Source: an uncultured Deinococcales bacterium (GTDB lineage Bacteria; Deinococcota; Deinococci; Deinococcales; JAAFIG01). From it: a DNA stretch of 64,000 bases. The position numbers and the translations under genes were made by a program. The notes below the pieces were generated by a model. The model ran no database searches. It had not been told where the DNA came from and saw only the letters and a program-made list of their open reading frames with translations. The stretch spans positions 1 through 64,000 of the forward strand of contig CAXTTL010000001.1 in the NCBI GenBank assembly GCA_964247135.1, in the 5' to 3' direction. Below, one piece after another: positions 19,492 to 29,630 of the stretch (positions within the stretch are counted from its first letter, which is position 1; each line of letters begins with the position of its first letter).

Positions 19492-20775
19492 ATGAAAAAA
19501 CTGTTGTCCGCGTGTTTGGTTGCCTTGATTGGTTTGGTGGGTGTGACTGCCCAAAACCAGTCGCCGTCGTTTCAATTCGTGCCTGGTGAAGCATTGGATG
19601 TCACTATAGGATTAGATGGTGTTGTATGGATTATTGGTACGACACCGTTAAAAGAAGGTGGGTATGGAATCTTCAAAAAAACACTTTCTGGTTGGCAAGA
19701 GCTTAATCTCGATGCTGTGGTTAGGAGTAGATACGGGGAATCCGGGGCTGTTAAAGTTGCAATAGACCCCGACGGAAACCCTTGGATCGTAACTGCAAGT
19801 AGTCATATTTATCGATGGGTTAGAAATGCTTGGGAGTTTTTGGGCGGTGATTTCAAAGACGTTGGGATTGGTGCAAATGGAGCTGTATGGGCAATAGGAA
19901 CAAACGCAGAACCATATACTTGGGTTGGTTCTCAGTGGGTACATTACTTTTTTGATAAATTACCTTGCGCTGCTAATAATGGTTATGGCGACTATTGCCA
20001 ACGAGTTTCAGTTGATTCAAATGGCGATCTTTACATTCTTGATGACAAGCGAGAAATTTACAAAAGCACGGGAATGCTTGACTATTTTGCTGCTATTCAA
20101 CGCGGTTCAAAGGACGTCAGTTTGGCATGGACAAGACTACCAGGCTTATTTACAGATATTAGTGTAGGAGCAGCAGACAACAGCGTGTTTGCCGTTAGTT
20201 CAGTCCCTTACCGTGGTGGTGGTCAAGTCTTCAAATGGGCAGCTACAGACTGGAATCCACTGCCCGTGGGTGGAACTGATGTTGCGGTTGACATCAGAGG
20301 ATTTCCGTGGCTTGTCAACTCGAGTTACAAAATCCTGACCGACTCGAGCAATTCCGAACCCGCCACGCTGAAAGACACGATTCTGGCGGTCAATGCGCCG
20401 TGGTTGCAAAACAAAAATGCTTTGGCTTTAAGTGACGCAAAATTCAGTCCACAATTTGGCGGCACGGTTTCGTTCTCGCTCGATTTCACGAACCAGAATT
20501 TAACCCCCATCGCGTTGCAGTACAACCTTTCGGACCTCGTGAAGCTCGAGAGTAATGGCAAAACCTACACCATTGGTTTTGGGCAGAACAGCAAATGCAG
20601 TTCGTTCTCCGAAACCGTCGCGCCGGGGGCAACGGTGCGTTTGAAATGCACGTCTGAATCTGAAGGTGCGGCGGTGTTTGGCATTGCCGACACGAGCATC
20701 AAAGAATTTGTCGTCAGTATTGCGGCGCTTGGCGGAATTCAAAATGCGCGTTGGCTTGTACCAGTCAAACGCTAA
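19492..20775 (+). CDS. Secreted tectonin-like beta-propeller (lectin-like) protein, paralog 1
   Basis: Signal peptide; repeats DVTIGLDGVVWII, VAIDPDGNPWIV, DVGIGANGAVWAI. Confidence 0.8.
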   Translation: MKKLLSACLVALIGLVGVTAQNQSPSFQFVPGEALDVTIGLDGVVWIIGTTPLKEGGYGIFKKTLSGWQELNLDAVVRSRYGESGAVKVAIDPDGNPWIVTASSHIYRWVRNAWEFLGGDFKDVGIGANGAVWAIGTNAEPYTWVGSQWVHYFFDKLPCAANNGYGDYCQRVSVDSNGDLYILDDKREIYKSTGMLDYFAAIQRGSKDVSLAWTRLPGLFTDISVGAADNSVFAVSSVPYRGGGQVFKWAATDWNPLPVGGTDVAVDIRGFPWLVNSSYKILTDSSNSEPATLKDTILAVNAPWLQNKNALALSDAKFSPQFGGTVSFSLDFTNQNLTPIALQYNLSDLVKLESNGKTYTIGFGQNSKCSSFSETVAPGATVRLKCTSESEGAAVFGIADTSIKEFVVSIAALGGIQNARWLVPVKR

Positions 20776-20795
20776 CTCGAGATTGGAGGAAATCA

Positions 20796-22118
20796 ATGCG
20801 AAATGTACTTTCTGCTTGTTTGGTAATTGCTATTGGATTGTTTGCTGTCACCGCCCAAACCCAAACGCCGCAACCGTATAAGGTTGTTCCAGGCGATGCA
20901 ACGGATGTTGCTGTGGGAAGTGATGGCAGTGTATGGATTGTTGGAGCGAAAACGATCACAACAGCGGAGCGAGACGGATATGAAGTCTTGAAGAAAGCTG
21001 GCACAGGATGGGAAAATATTTCTCTGACAGGAATTGGCAACCACGACGGTATGTTTTATGGCGACAAAACTGACTACAAAGGTGGTGCATTTAAAATTGC
21101 CATCGACTTACAGGGTAATCCTTGGATCATCAATGGGCATCGAAATGTGTACCGTCGTTTGAAAAACACTTGGCAAATCATTAAGGATTCTCGCGCCGAA
21201 GACATTGCAATTGGCAAAACGGGGGCTGTTTGGATTGTTACACCAAATAACGATGTTGCCACATGGGATGGGTCGAAATTCGTCAAGTACATTGGGAAAG
21301 ACTTGACATGTGGATTGTCCTCACATTTTGCTTACAACAGTTGCTCAAGAATTACTGTCGATTCGTTTGGGAACCCTTGGGTAATTGATGATAAATCGGT
21401 GTTGTACCGCAGCACTGACATGAAAGGGTTTTTCACCGCGTTGCAACGTGGCGATGCCGAACCCACGGCTGGCTGGGAAACCATGCCTGGAAAGTTTTCT
21501 GACGTTGGCGCTGGAGCAGATGGAAGCGTCTTCGCCGTGACCACCACCCCGTACCAAGACGGTGGTCAGGTGAGCGTGTGGGACGCGGAGGCATGGAAGC
21601 CGCTTGAAGTTGGTGGAACGAATATTGCCGCTGACAGCAAAGGCTTCCCGTGGATTGTCAACTCGAGCAACAAAATCCTTACCGATGCTCGCAACACCGA
21701 ACCGCTCACCCTGGCTGGAGCCGCACTGAAAGTTAACGATACCTGGCGTCAAGAGAAGTCCGCCTTGACCCTGAAGGATGTCAAGTTTTCCAAAAACCTT
21801 GGTGGAACAATTTCTTTCACGCTCGAGTTTTTGAATCAAGACCCTTCATTGGTCACATTCAAGTACAACCTGACCGATCTGGTCACGTTGGTTTCAAACA
21901 ACACTTCTTATCACCCAATGTTTGATCAAAAAACCAAGTGTGCCACGAACAGTGCCAGCGTTGCTTCAGGCGAAATCCTTCGATTGACGTGCCTTAACGA
22001 CGCTGGTGGAATGGTGAATTTCAAGCTTGCCGATGCCACGATTAAACAATTCGTGGTCACCGTTTCCAGCCTAGTCAGCATTCAAAACGCACGTTGGCTC
22101 GTGCCAGTCAAACGCTAA
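20796..22118 (+). CDS. Secreted tectonin-like protein, paralog 2
   Basis: RBS ggagga; same repeat pattern and shared C-terminus IQNARWLVPVKR. Confidence 0.8.
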   Translation: MRNVLSACLVIAIGLFAVTAQTQTPQPYKVVPGDATDVAVGSDGSVWIVGAKTITTAERDGYEVLKKAGTGWENISLTGIGNHDGMFYGDKTDYKGGAFKIAIDLQGNPWIINGHRNVYRRLKNTWQIIKDSRAEDIAIGKTGAVWIVTPNNDVATWDGSKFVKYIGKDLTCGLSSHFAYNSCSRITVDSFGNPWVIDDKSVLYRSTDMKGFFTALQRGDAEPTAGWETMPGKFSDVGAGADGSVFAVTTTPYQDGGQVSVWDAEAWKPLEVGGTNIAADSKGFPWIVNSSNKILTDARNTEPLTLAGAALKVNDTWRQEKSALTLKDVKFSKNLGGTISFTLEFLNQDPSLVTFKYNLTDLVTLVSNNTSYHPMFDQKTKCATNSASVASGEILRLTCLNDAGGMVNFKLADATIKQFVVTVSSLVSIQNARWLVPVKR

Positions 22119-22187
22119 CTCGATCATAGGAATTTGCTCTGTTGGTCAGGTTTTCTGATTCGATTTAAGAAGTCTTTGGGGGTTGTG

Positions 22188-23288
22188 ATGAAAAAAATGA
22201 AAGCGTTTATTTGGGCAATGTTTGCAACATTTTTGGTCATGGTTTCTGGAGTTTGTTTTGGTCAGGCAACAAGCGACAAGCAAGCTTGGGTCAGTGTTGG
22301 GCAGTTTCGATCAACGGGCAATTTTGAATCTTGCCAAAAATACGATCTTTCCAAACTGACTTCGACGCTCTTGACCGATCAGTTAAAAGCCAGTGGTCGT
22401 TTTCGCATCTTCGAGAATGAACAGGTCGCAGAGTTGCGTTTCGGCGGGGAAATCACATCGTGCAGTGTTTCTGCTTCATCCATTTTATTCGTGACCAGCG
22501 TCACCGTGAAGTTTGCCGTTAATATTTCCGCAATCGATATTGTGACCTCAGAACGGGTGGTCAGTGAAACGATTGAAGGTGAAACTTCGTTAAGTGGTGT
22601 GAGTTTTATCGGTACGTTCCTGAACGACACAGACTTTAAGAAAGCCATCGAGGACCTTTTCAAGGCAAAAATCCCAGCACTTGCCTCGAGCAATGATCTT
22701 GTACCGTATGTCACGCACGCCCCTGGTGAGCGTCCCGTCCCTCGAAACGGTGCGCCATCAACGCCGAGTTCGCCAACTCCACCGGCAGCAGCACCAACAA
22801 CTTCACTTGTAAACACCAGTGTGAACGCGGCAGTAGACAGCATGTTTAACGCCTTAAAGAACATGGATTTTACGGCTTTGAACAACAGCCTGACGGACAA
22901 CCTACTGAGTCCCTCGAGCGTCACCAATTTAGGGCAGTTTGTTACCGCAGAAAACAAAGACCTCTCGGGCAAAATGCTCTACGCCATTCAAGCAACCCAA
23001 ACGTTTCAGAATATTTACTCGGTGGTTGACGTGCTCGTCATTATTCCCAGCAAGTCGGGCGTACCTATTTCTAAAAGCATCAAACTTGGTGTGATCGACA
23101 CGGGCGGGCAATTTTCGCAGGCGTTCCCAAACCGAGCAAATCAGGGTTTAAAAGTCATGTTCGTCAATAAGGACAACCCGTACAGTGCTTTGTTTGCGAT
23201 TTCACTGCCCGTTTTTAAAACCTCGAGCGATGTTGTTGAAGGTTTGTTCAAAGACTTTGGTACTGCACTTGGCATACCCGTTTCTTAA
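22188..23288 (+). CDS. Secreted protein with a CsgG/TolB-N-like N-terminal domain
   Basis: Signal peptide; LTDQLKASGRFRIFE...GEITS...NISAIDIVTSERV pattern; Pro-rich linker. Confidence 0.6.
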   Translation: MKKMKAFIWAMFATFLVMVSGVCFGQATSDKQAWVSVGQFRSTGNFESCQKYDLSKLTSTLLTDQLKASGRFRIFENEQVAELRFGGEITSCSVSASSILFVTSVTVKFAVNISAIDIVTSERVVSETIEGETSLSGVSFIGTFLNDTDFKKAIEDLFKAKIPALASSNDLVPYVTHAPGERPVPRNGAPSTPSSPTPPAAAPTTSLVNTSVNAAVDSMFNALKNMDFTALNNSLTDNLLSPSSVTNLGQFVTAENKDLSGKMLYAIQATQTFQNIYSVVDVLVIIPSKSGVPISKSIKLGVIDTGGQFSQAFPNRANQGLKVMFVNKDNPYSALFAISLPVFKTSSDVVEGLFKDFGTALGIPVS

Positions 23289-23395
23289 AACGAGCAGACG
23301 TTGGCTCGTGCCTGTCAAAGGCAAAATCAGTGGCACTTCAAAACCGTCGTTTGTCATTCCCCTTTTACCATTTTGCTCGAGTTAAGGAGATCACC

Positions 23396-23884
23396 ATGAA
23401 CCCATTCTTGCGTACCATGCTCGTTTCCATCGGTCTTTACGCCGCGCTGTACTTCGTTCCCGTTTTAAACGGATTTCTTGGTTGGTTGCTTCTGATTTTC
23501 AGCGGTTTTTTCTACATGAGAAATGTTCATTCACAAGGTAAATTCCAAGGAAGCCCTGTTGTCTATGGTCTTGGCATGGGCGCACTGATTGGAACTTTGG
23601 TGCGTTTGGGAGGATCAATTATTCACCTGATTTTTGGTGCGTTGATCGTGAGTACCGTTGATCCGAACAATCCAAATGTGATCCAAGCGGGTGCTGCCAT
23701 CGGCGCGATTGGGTCAGTTGTAAGCTTACTGAATGCTCCACTCGTCGGGGGATTCCTCGGAGGGTTAGGGGGCTTGATTGCAGGTGCAATGATGCCACAA
23801 AACACGACCACGGTTCAAAATTCTGTGCCCGTGGCTAATCCCGTCACATCTTCAAATCAAATGACCTCAGAGACGACAGAATAA
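23396..23884 (+). CDS. Small integral membrane protein
   Basis: RBS aggaga; about four Gly-rich hydrophobic segments. Confidence 0.75.
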   Translation: MNPFLRTMLVSIGLYAALYFVPVLNGFLGWLLLIFSGFFYMRNVHSQGKFQGSPVVYGLGMGALIGTLVRLGGSIIHLIFGALIVSTVDPNNPNVIQAGAAIGAIGSVVSLLNAPLVGGFLGGLGGLIAGAMMPQNTTTVQNSVPVANPVTSSNQMTSETTE

Positions 23885-24078
23885 AACACCTGAATCTCGA
23901 GATGCTTTTGTTTTAATGTTGGATTTTGGATGTAACGCGGATGTAGTAGATCGAAATAAGTGCCTTCAAGTCAGGTTATCTCGAGACTCGTTGGAACGAT
24001 TAAACATACTGTCTGGAACGATACGGATGTAGATTCTTATGTGCTGACTTATCCCCATGTTTTTACTGTTGGGACTAC

Positions 24079-24123
24079 CTTTTAATCAGTGGGTCGCTGG
24101 TTCGAATCCAGCACGGGCCACCA
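24079..24123 (+). mobile_element. att site: 3' half of tRNA-Lys(TTT), right boundary of an integrated element
   Basis: CTTTTAA anticodon loop, TCAG, T-arm GCTGG-TTCGAAT-CCAGC, ACGGGCC-A-CCA; the 5' half (GGCCCGT.., D-arm) is absent upstream. Confidence 0.85.
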
Positions 24124-24154
24124 CAAGAACGTCGTCCAGCACGGCACACATCAA

Positions 24155-24192
24155 AACCCCCTTTCGAGCTTAAAATCATGCTGAAGGGGGTT
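24155..24192 (+). terminator. Hairpin downstream of the tRNA fragment
   Basis: aaccccctttcgagc ... gctgaagggggtt imperfect stem. Confidence 0.5.
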
Positions 24193-24591
24193 CATGTGCT
24201 ATAGATATCAATTGTTGGTCATTTTGAACGGTTTTTTGATCAACCAACACCTTGACTCGAAATCGCTTGCACCTTGTATGGAACGCAAGTTATCGCTAAA
24301 ACGACAATGTTTGCGGGTTTAACTGTTCAGTGCGACTGCAACACCGTGTCACTCGACTGTGTTTTGCACGTTACGGTCTTTTGTGAGGCGCGACAACACA
24401 CGAATGCTGTTTTCCAAATGGTTCTCACAGTCAGTCAAAAGTATTTCTTCCAAAAAAATTTCAATTGCTTACGACAGTATTGTGGCATTTTCAGAATTTG
24501 TTCTCAAAGCATTTGAAACTCGGGACTTGATAACGCTAGGCAAGAGATCACAGTCGCTGATGAATAAAATACGCCAATCCCATACCAAAAC

Positions 24592-26847
24592 TTACAGCCT
24601 GCTACGATGATCAGCGCTTTCAAGAACAACACCTGATCTGGCGGGCAACTCGAAGCTCAAACCTGTGCTGGTATTGGTGATCGTGCTGGCTTGACCGAGC
24701 TGCAATCGAACCTTCGCCACGAGACGACTCGGGGGGAGGATGATTGTTTCTGGCTTTGCGCCAAGGTTGACGAGGGTGATGATCTCGAGTTGCGGGTTGC
24801 TGCGGCTGATGCCGAAGACATCTTCGGGCAGCGAATCGCTGTTCAACCATCGCACTTTCAATTCAGCCCAGTCTAGCGTTTCTTGTTTGAGGTTGTTCAA
24901 CGCCTCGAGCACGTGTTCGATGCCTTGTTCACCGCCGGTGAACATCATGAATGGTCCTGGCAAAGACATAAAAATCAGGGTCAGCAGTTGCACGTGCGCC
25001 ACCGAGAATTGCTCGCGTCGCCATTTTGCACCCCAACTGGGCCACCAAAACGTGTCGTGCGAATCAATATGATGCGCGGTCAGCGAACCGCGCGGCAAGA
25101 ACGCATCGCGGTCCTGTATCCAACGTGCCAGCCCTCGAGCATTCCGCACCCCCCAGGCTCGAGGGCTGTCGGGTTCTGAGATGGCGGTGACCAGCCATTG
25201 TTCGTCGTAGTTGTAGTTTAAATCCATTGATCGGCGCAGCAAGATTCCCGATGGTTCGGTGTACATCAGGCTCTCTGGGTTGATGGTTTTTAAGGCGGGA
25301 CGCAGGCGTTCAAACAATGGTATGCAAGCCAGGGTGGACAGGCTGGCACGGTGTCTTGCCCAGTCTGCCCAGTTTGGAAAATCGTTGTAGGTTGGGGCGT
25401 CAAAACGAAAGCCGTCAATTTGCAGGTCTGAGAGCAAGAATTTCATGGCATCGATAAAATAGGCTTGCCACTCTGGGTTTCTGGCATCGAAGGCTTTGGT
25501 GTAAATGCCTGCCACATTGCCGTGGGAGTCTCTAAAAAACCAATCTGGATGCTCGGCAATCAGTGGCGATACGGGCGGGCTGCCTGCTTTCCAGTACGGC
25601 TCGAAATCAATGATGTGGCGCGACCAGGCGATCAGGTAATCGCTCCACTCGCCAACGTCGCTACTGAAACTGTCGGCAGTCGCGGAGGAAACCAGTTTGG
25701 CGTAAGGACCGCCACGCACACCGTCGGCGGCGGCGGCAATCGATTCCTGATCGAGCACGCCGTGCAGCAGCACATCGAGAATAATTTTGATGCCACGAGC
25801 ATGGCATTCGCTCACCAATAAGCGCATCTGCTCGAGGTCGCCAAAGGAGGTCTGGACATCCCAGTAATCGTGAACGTTGTAACTCGGGTAGGGTTGGCGC
25901 GGCATCAGTTGAATCACGTTGAAGCCCAAAGTTGCAATCCGCTCGAGGTCACAGGTCAGCGCGGCAATGTCGGCATAAGGCTCGTAACGGTGGTCGGGGT
26001 AGAACACCGAAACCCCCACCTGCGCCTCGTAAATGCTGGCGCCGCCAATCCAGGCTGGCGGGTTCTGAGGGGTCGTGTGACCGGTCAGGCGCAACCAAGT
26101 TTGGAAGAGTTCGGGAAAATCTTGAAACGCCGGCACGCGCAAATCAAGGTCAAACAGGTCAATCCCTGCGCTCGAGATTCGTCCCAGATCACCTGCAAAG
26201 TTCGTGTTGATCTCGAGCGACAAGACGTTTTCAGTTTCACTTTTGATGCGAATATCACTGACCTCGAGTTCGTGGCGAAACCACAGGGCGGCGCAATCTT
26301 GCCCGTTGGCAAAGTGCAACACGGCACTCGAGCCGCGCAGACCACCAATCGCCGAGATGCCCGTCCAAGTGCTGACTTTTCCAAAAGGTGTATCTCGAGC
26401 AATCCCGTTACCTGGGGCGTTCAGCAGCCATTTGCCGGTTGCAAAATGCAAGTCGCCGCCGACGGTCAGGTTGCGTATCAGCAGCTTCGAGTTTGGGTCG
26501 CCGACCAGCACCACACCAAAGGTTATGGCAGCGCCGTGTCGTCTGAATAAAAACTCGAGTTTTGCGGACACCTCACCGATCTTGATTGGGACGCTGCACT
26601 TGTCGCCAACAAGGCTTGAAGACCACTGGGCTGAGCCGTCAATGGTGATTGCCGAGATTGGGTACGCGCCCTCGTAATCAATGCCGCCAGTTGCCGAGCG
26701 AACCTCATTGCCAGCGACGGTCAAGAACATCTGAACATCATGCAGTTCGATGCGTCGCTGGGTGCCACCCAAGATCACGGCTTTGGGCAGACCCGTGGTG
26801 TCGTCAAGCTCGAGTTGGTGCTGGTATTCTGAATGTTGAACAATCAT
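24592..26847 (-). CDS. Alpha-amylase family (GH13-like) glycoside hydrolase
   Basis: LGFNVIQLMP, YNVHDYWDV..FG, GIKIILDVLLH, IDGFRFDAP, DSHDT. Confidence 0.85.
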   Translation of the reverse strand: MIVQHSEYQHQLELDDTTGLPKAVILGGTQRRIELHDVQMFLTVAGNEVRSATGGIDYEGAYPISAITIDGSAQWSSSLVGDKCSVPIKIGEVSAKLEFLFRRHGAAITFGVVLVGDPNSKLLIRNLTVGGDLHFATGKWLLNAPGNGIARDTPFGKVSTWTGISAIGGLRGSSAVLHFANGQDCAALWFRHELEVSDIRIKSETENVLSLEINTNFAGDLGRISSAGIDLFDLDLRVPAFQDFPELFQTWLRLTGHTTPQNPPAWIGGASIYEAQVGVSVFYPDHRYEPYADIAALTCDLERIATLGFNVIQLMPRQPYPSYNVHDYWDVQTSFGDLEQMRLLVSECHARGIKIILDVLLHGVLDQESIAAAADGVRGGPYAKLVSSATADSFSSDVGEWSDYLIAWSRHIIDFEPYWKAGSPPVSPLIAEHPDWFFRDSHGNVAGIYTKAFDARNPEWQAYFIDAMKFLLSDLQIDGFRFDAPTYNDFPNWADWARHRASLSTLACIPLFERLRPALKTINPESLMYTEPSGILLRRSMDLNYNYDEQWLVTAISEPDSPRAWGVRNARGLARWIQDRDAFLPRGSLTAHHIDSHDTFWWPSWGAKWRREQFSVAHVQLLTLIFMSLPGPFMMFTGGEQGIEHVLEALNNLKQETLDWAELKVRWLNSDSLPEDVFGISRSNPQLEIITLVNLGAKPETIILPPSRLVAKVRLQLGQASTITNTSTGLSFELPARSGVVLESADHRSRL

Positions 26848-26859
26848 GCTTGCCTCTTT

Positions 26860-27843
26860 TCAAATGATTTTGGGAATCTCGAGTTTGAATTGTTCGATGG
26901 TGGCGGTTGGAACATCTCCGAGCAGTCGCAGCGCCAACAGACACGCGCCAAGTACGGGAGGCAGTTCGGGTTGGGTCATTCGGGATTTTGGCAACGACTC
27001 GAGGACGGCGCGTTGCAGTTCAGAACGCAGCAAGGCGCTGGCGGCGTACAAGCCACCAACCGCCGCAATTTCTACAGCTTCATGCTCGAGGTGCAATTGC
27101 TTGGCAACAGCGTTGACACATTCGGCAAGCAAGATACTGCCGCGCTTCAGAAGCTCGAGGGCAACCGCATCACCGCCATTTGCCACCTCGAGCACCACGG
27201 GCGCGAGTGCGGCGATCTCAAGGCGACTCAAACCTGTGACATAAATTCGGTGCAGCAAATCATCGGGTTGATGCACGTCAAGCTGCTCGAGCATGGTCGC
27301 GGCGAGGGTGGTGTTCGGTCCGCGCCCGTCCAATGCCCTGACGCTGGCGATCAGACTCTCGCGCCCAAGAAAATAAGCGCTGCCCTCGTCGGAAAGCAGT
27401 GATCCCCAACCGCCAGCCCGCCACGAATCGCCGTGCGAATTGACGCCAAAACAACTCGAGCCAGTGCCGACGATCAAGACGATGCCAGCCCGACCCGATA
27501 AGCCGCCAGCCAGGGCAATGCAGCAATCGTGATCCACCCCAAGATGTTCAGGGGCTGCCAACTCGAGCTTCCGAGCAAGACCGCGCACCAGTTCACGGTC
27601 ACGCTCTGAGACAATCCCAGCCAGCCCCAGAAACGCCGCATCAAAGGCTCGAGGCTCGAGGTTCGCCTGCGCTCGAGCGGCATCAACCGCTCGCTGAATG
27701 TTTTGGGTGGCTTGTTCAAGTCCAACGTCATCAATGTTTGATGCCCCACCGCGTCCAACCCCGAGGACCTGACCGCTCGAGTCGCAGATTGTGGCGAGGG
27801 TTTTGGTGCCGCCGCCGTCAATCCCAAGCACCAATTGGCTCAT
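26860..27843 (-). CDS. BadF/BadG-type sugar (N-acetylglucosamine-like) kinase
   Basis: LGIDGGGTKT, IVGTGS, RAGGWGSLLSDEGSA. Confidence 0.9.
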   Translation of the reverse strand: MSQLVLGIDGGGTKTLATICDSSGQVLGVGRGGASNIDDVGLEQATQNIQRAVDAARAQANLEPRAFDAAFLGLAGIVSERDRELVRGLARKLELAAPEHLGVDHDCCIALAGGLSGRAGIVLIVGTGSSCFGVNSHGDSWRAGGWGSLLSDEGSAYFLGRESLIASVRALDGRGPNTTLAATMLEQLDVHQPDDLLHRIYVTGLSRLEIAALAPVVLEVANGGDAVALELLKRGSILLAECVNAVAKQLHLEHEAVEIAAVGGLYAASALLRSELQRAVLESLPKSRMTQPELPPVLGACLLALRLLGDVPTATIEQFKLEIPKII

Positions 27844-29630
27844 GCGTTCGCCTCGGGTTGCGGTCTGACAAAAGCCCGCACGACTTTGGCAAGTTTGGAG
27901 CCTTCGTTGCGCAGACGGTACGAAACTGCGGCGGCAGGAATCACAAAAGTTTCGGCATAATGAAACTGCTGACGCAAACCACCAGCCGTCTCGAGGATGA
28001 TCGAAGTTCCTTCGACCAGACACAAGACATGACACGTGTTTTCGGTGCGGGCTTCAAAATAATCTTGAAACTCGAGGCGCTGAATGTCATAAAAGTGATC
28101 TGGATGGGTTGGCAGCCTGAACACCCGCCAACCGTCGCCAGACTCGAGCAAGATGGGTTTGGAGATCAGCTCTTGGACTTGCATTCCGCGCCGCGAGAAG
28201 TCAAGGTTCTCGAACGCCCTGGCGATGTTGAGGGGTCGGGGTTTACCATCCAAATCCAGCCGCAACCAATCGTACATTTTGAAGGTAAAAATATAGGGCG
28301 TGGCGCTGATCTCGAGCACCAGACTGCCTGCGCCCGAGCAATGAATCGTGCCGTGAGGAATCAAGAACAGATCGTGTTTTTTGGCGGGGTGGCGCTGCAC
28401 AAATTGGTCCACCTCGAGCGGCGTGTTGTGTTCCTGACTTTGTTCGAGGGCATTGCGAAACTCGAGCGGATCGAGGTTTTCTTGAAAACCCAAGTAGACC
28501 TCGGCATGGTCGTCGCACTCGAGGATGTAATAGGTTTCGTCTTGGGTGAAAGTTTCGCCAAAATGGGCGCTGACATAGCTTGGACTGGGATGAACCTGCA
28601 AGGACAGATTGCCGCCGCCAACCGTGTCGAGCCAATCAAAACGAATCGGAAATTCAAAACCAAAACGCTCGGCTGCCTCGCCCAGCACGGCGCGGTGGTC
28701 ATGGAACATCAAAAAATCAAATGAAACCTCGAGCAACAAGCCATCATGCTCGAGCATCAAACCATTTTCGGGCGTGATGAGTTCAAAACTCCAGGCGTAA
28801 TTGGGCGCACCCTGCGGCAGTTCGGGCACATGCTGTTTGATCCACTGTCCACCCCAAGGACCTGGCTCGAACCACGGGCGGGCGCGAAAAAAATTGTGGG
28901 TCATGACCTCGAGCGTTGCCCGAAAATCGTCGCCGCGCATGAGGGTTGGCTCCAATGGGCGTTGATGATCGAGGATGATATCAATCCGCTCGAGCAGCTT
29001 GGCTTTGTGCTGATTCAGCGCCACCCAATCCACAAAATAAAAGCGTTTATACATGGTTTTCGGGTCTGTCACCATGCTCGAGCCAAGGTTGGTCACCGTG
29101 CCGGCGCGGGCGCGAAATTGAATCTCGTTTTTTGGCAGATCAAGATAGACCAACAAGCCGTTCCAACCCGCCAGGCTCGCACCGCAACCGTAAATCAAAC
29201 TGATCTGGGCGTGCGAGTCAGGACGCAGTTTCTCGAGTTTGGTGGCATCAAAAAAATCCTCGAGCGTCCCCGTAAAACGACTGCCAAAAATCGGATCATC
29301 GCCGCCCAAGAATGGCAGGGCGAGCGCTTCAATTTCGGCGTTCGGTCGCAGGGCTGTCTCGACGTTGACCCAAGCCGTGCGAATGTTTCGGGCTTTCAAA
29401 ACATCCTCGAGACGGCTGCGAAAATCCTCCCAGAAAACGCCGCTGTAACCGTCCAGCACCACACAACTCGGGTTGGCAAGCAGGTCTGCCAGCGCCTCGA
29501 AACCCAAAGCGATTTTGCCAGACTCGAGCGAAAAACCTGGGTACAGATCATAATTGCCAGGGCTTGATGCCGTGTGTTTGGCGGGCGCAAGGCGTTGCGT
29601 GGTTTTGCGCCAAGGCTCGGGGTCGTTCAC
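27840..29630 (-). CDS. Class I mannose-6-phosphate isomerase-like protein with an N-terminal extension
   Basis: PGPWGGQW, FPIRFDWLD..GGGNLSLQVHP, QDETYY, GTIHCSG, LEISATP. Confidence 0.85.
   Translation of the reverse strand: MNDPEPWRKTTQRLAPAKHTASSPGNYDLYPGFSLESGKIALGFEALADLLANPSCVVLDGYSGVFWEDFRSRLEDVLKARNIRTAWVNVETALRPNAEIEALALPFLGGDDPIFGSRFTGTLEDFFDATKLEKLRPDSHAQISLIYGCGASLAGWNGLLVYLDLPKNEIQFRARAGTVTNLGSSMVTDPKTMYKRFYFVDWVALNQHKAKLLERIDIILDHQRPLEPTLMRGDDFRATLEVMTHNFFRARPWFEPGPWGGQWIKQHVPELPQGAPNYAWSFELITPENGLMLEHDGLLLEVSFDFLMFHDHRAVLGEAAERFGFEFPIRFDWLDTVGGGNLSLQVHPSPSYVSAHFGETFTQDETYYILECDDHAEVYLGFQENLDPLEFRNALEQSQEHNTPLEVDQFVQRHPAKKHDLFLIPHGTIHCSGAGSLVLEISATPYIFTFKMYDWLRLDLDGKPRPLNIARAFENLDFSRRGMQVQELISKPILLESGDGWRVFRLPTHPDHFYDIQRLEFQDYFEARTENTCHVLCLVEGTSIILETAGGLRQQFHYAETFVIPAAAVSYRLRNEGSKLAKVVRAFVRPQPEANA

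Larger units (their letters stand above)
1..24123. mobile_element. Right part of a putative integrative (conjugative) element / genomic island
   Basis: ssb/DUF932/DUF6117/DUF4326 cluster, accessory cargo and a terminal tRNA 3' fragment; no integrase inside the window. Confidence 0.65.

Noticed and set aside
24050-24123. Intact tRNA-Lys gene
   Set aside because: No 5' acceptor strand or D-arm, and the 5' anticodon stem does not pair; only the 3' half is present
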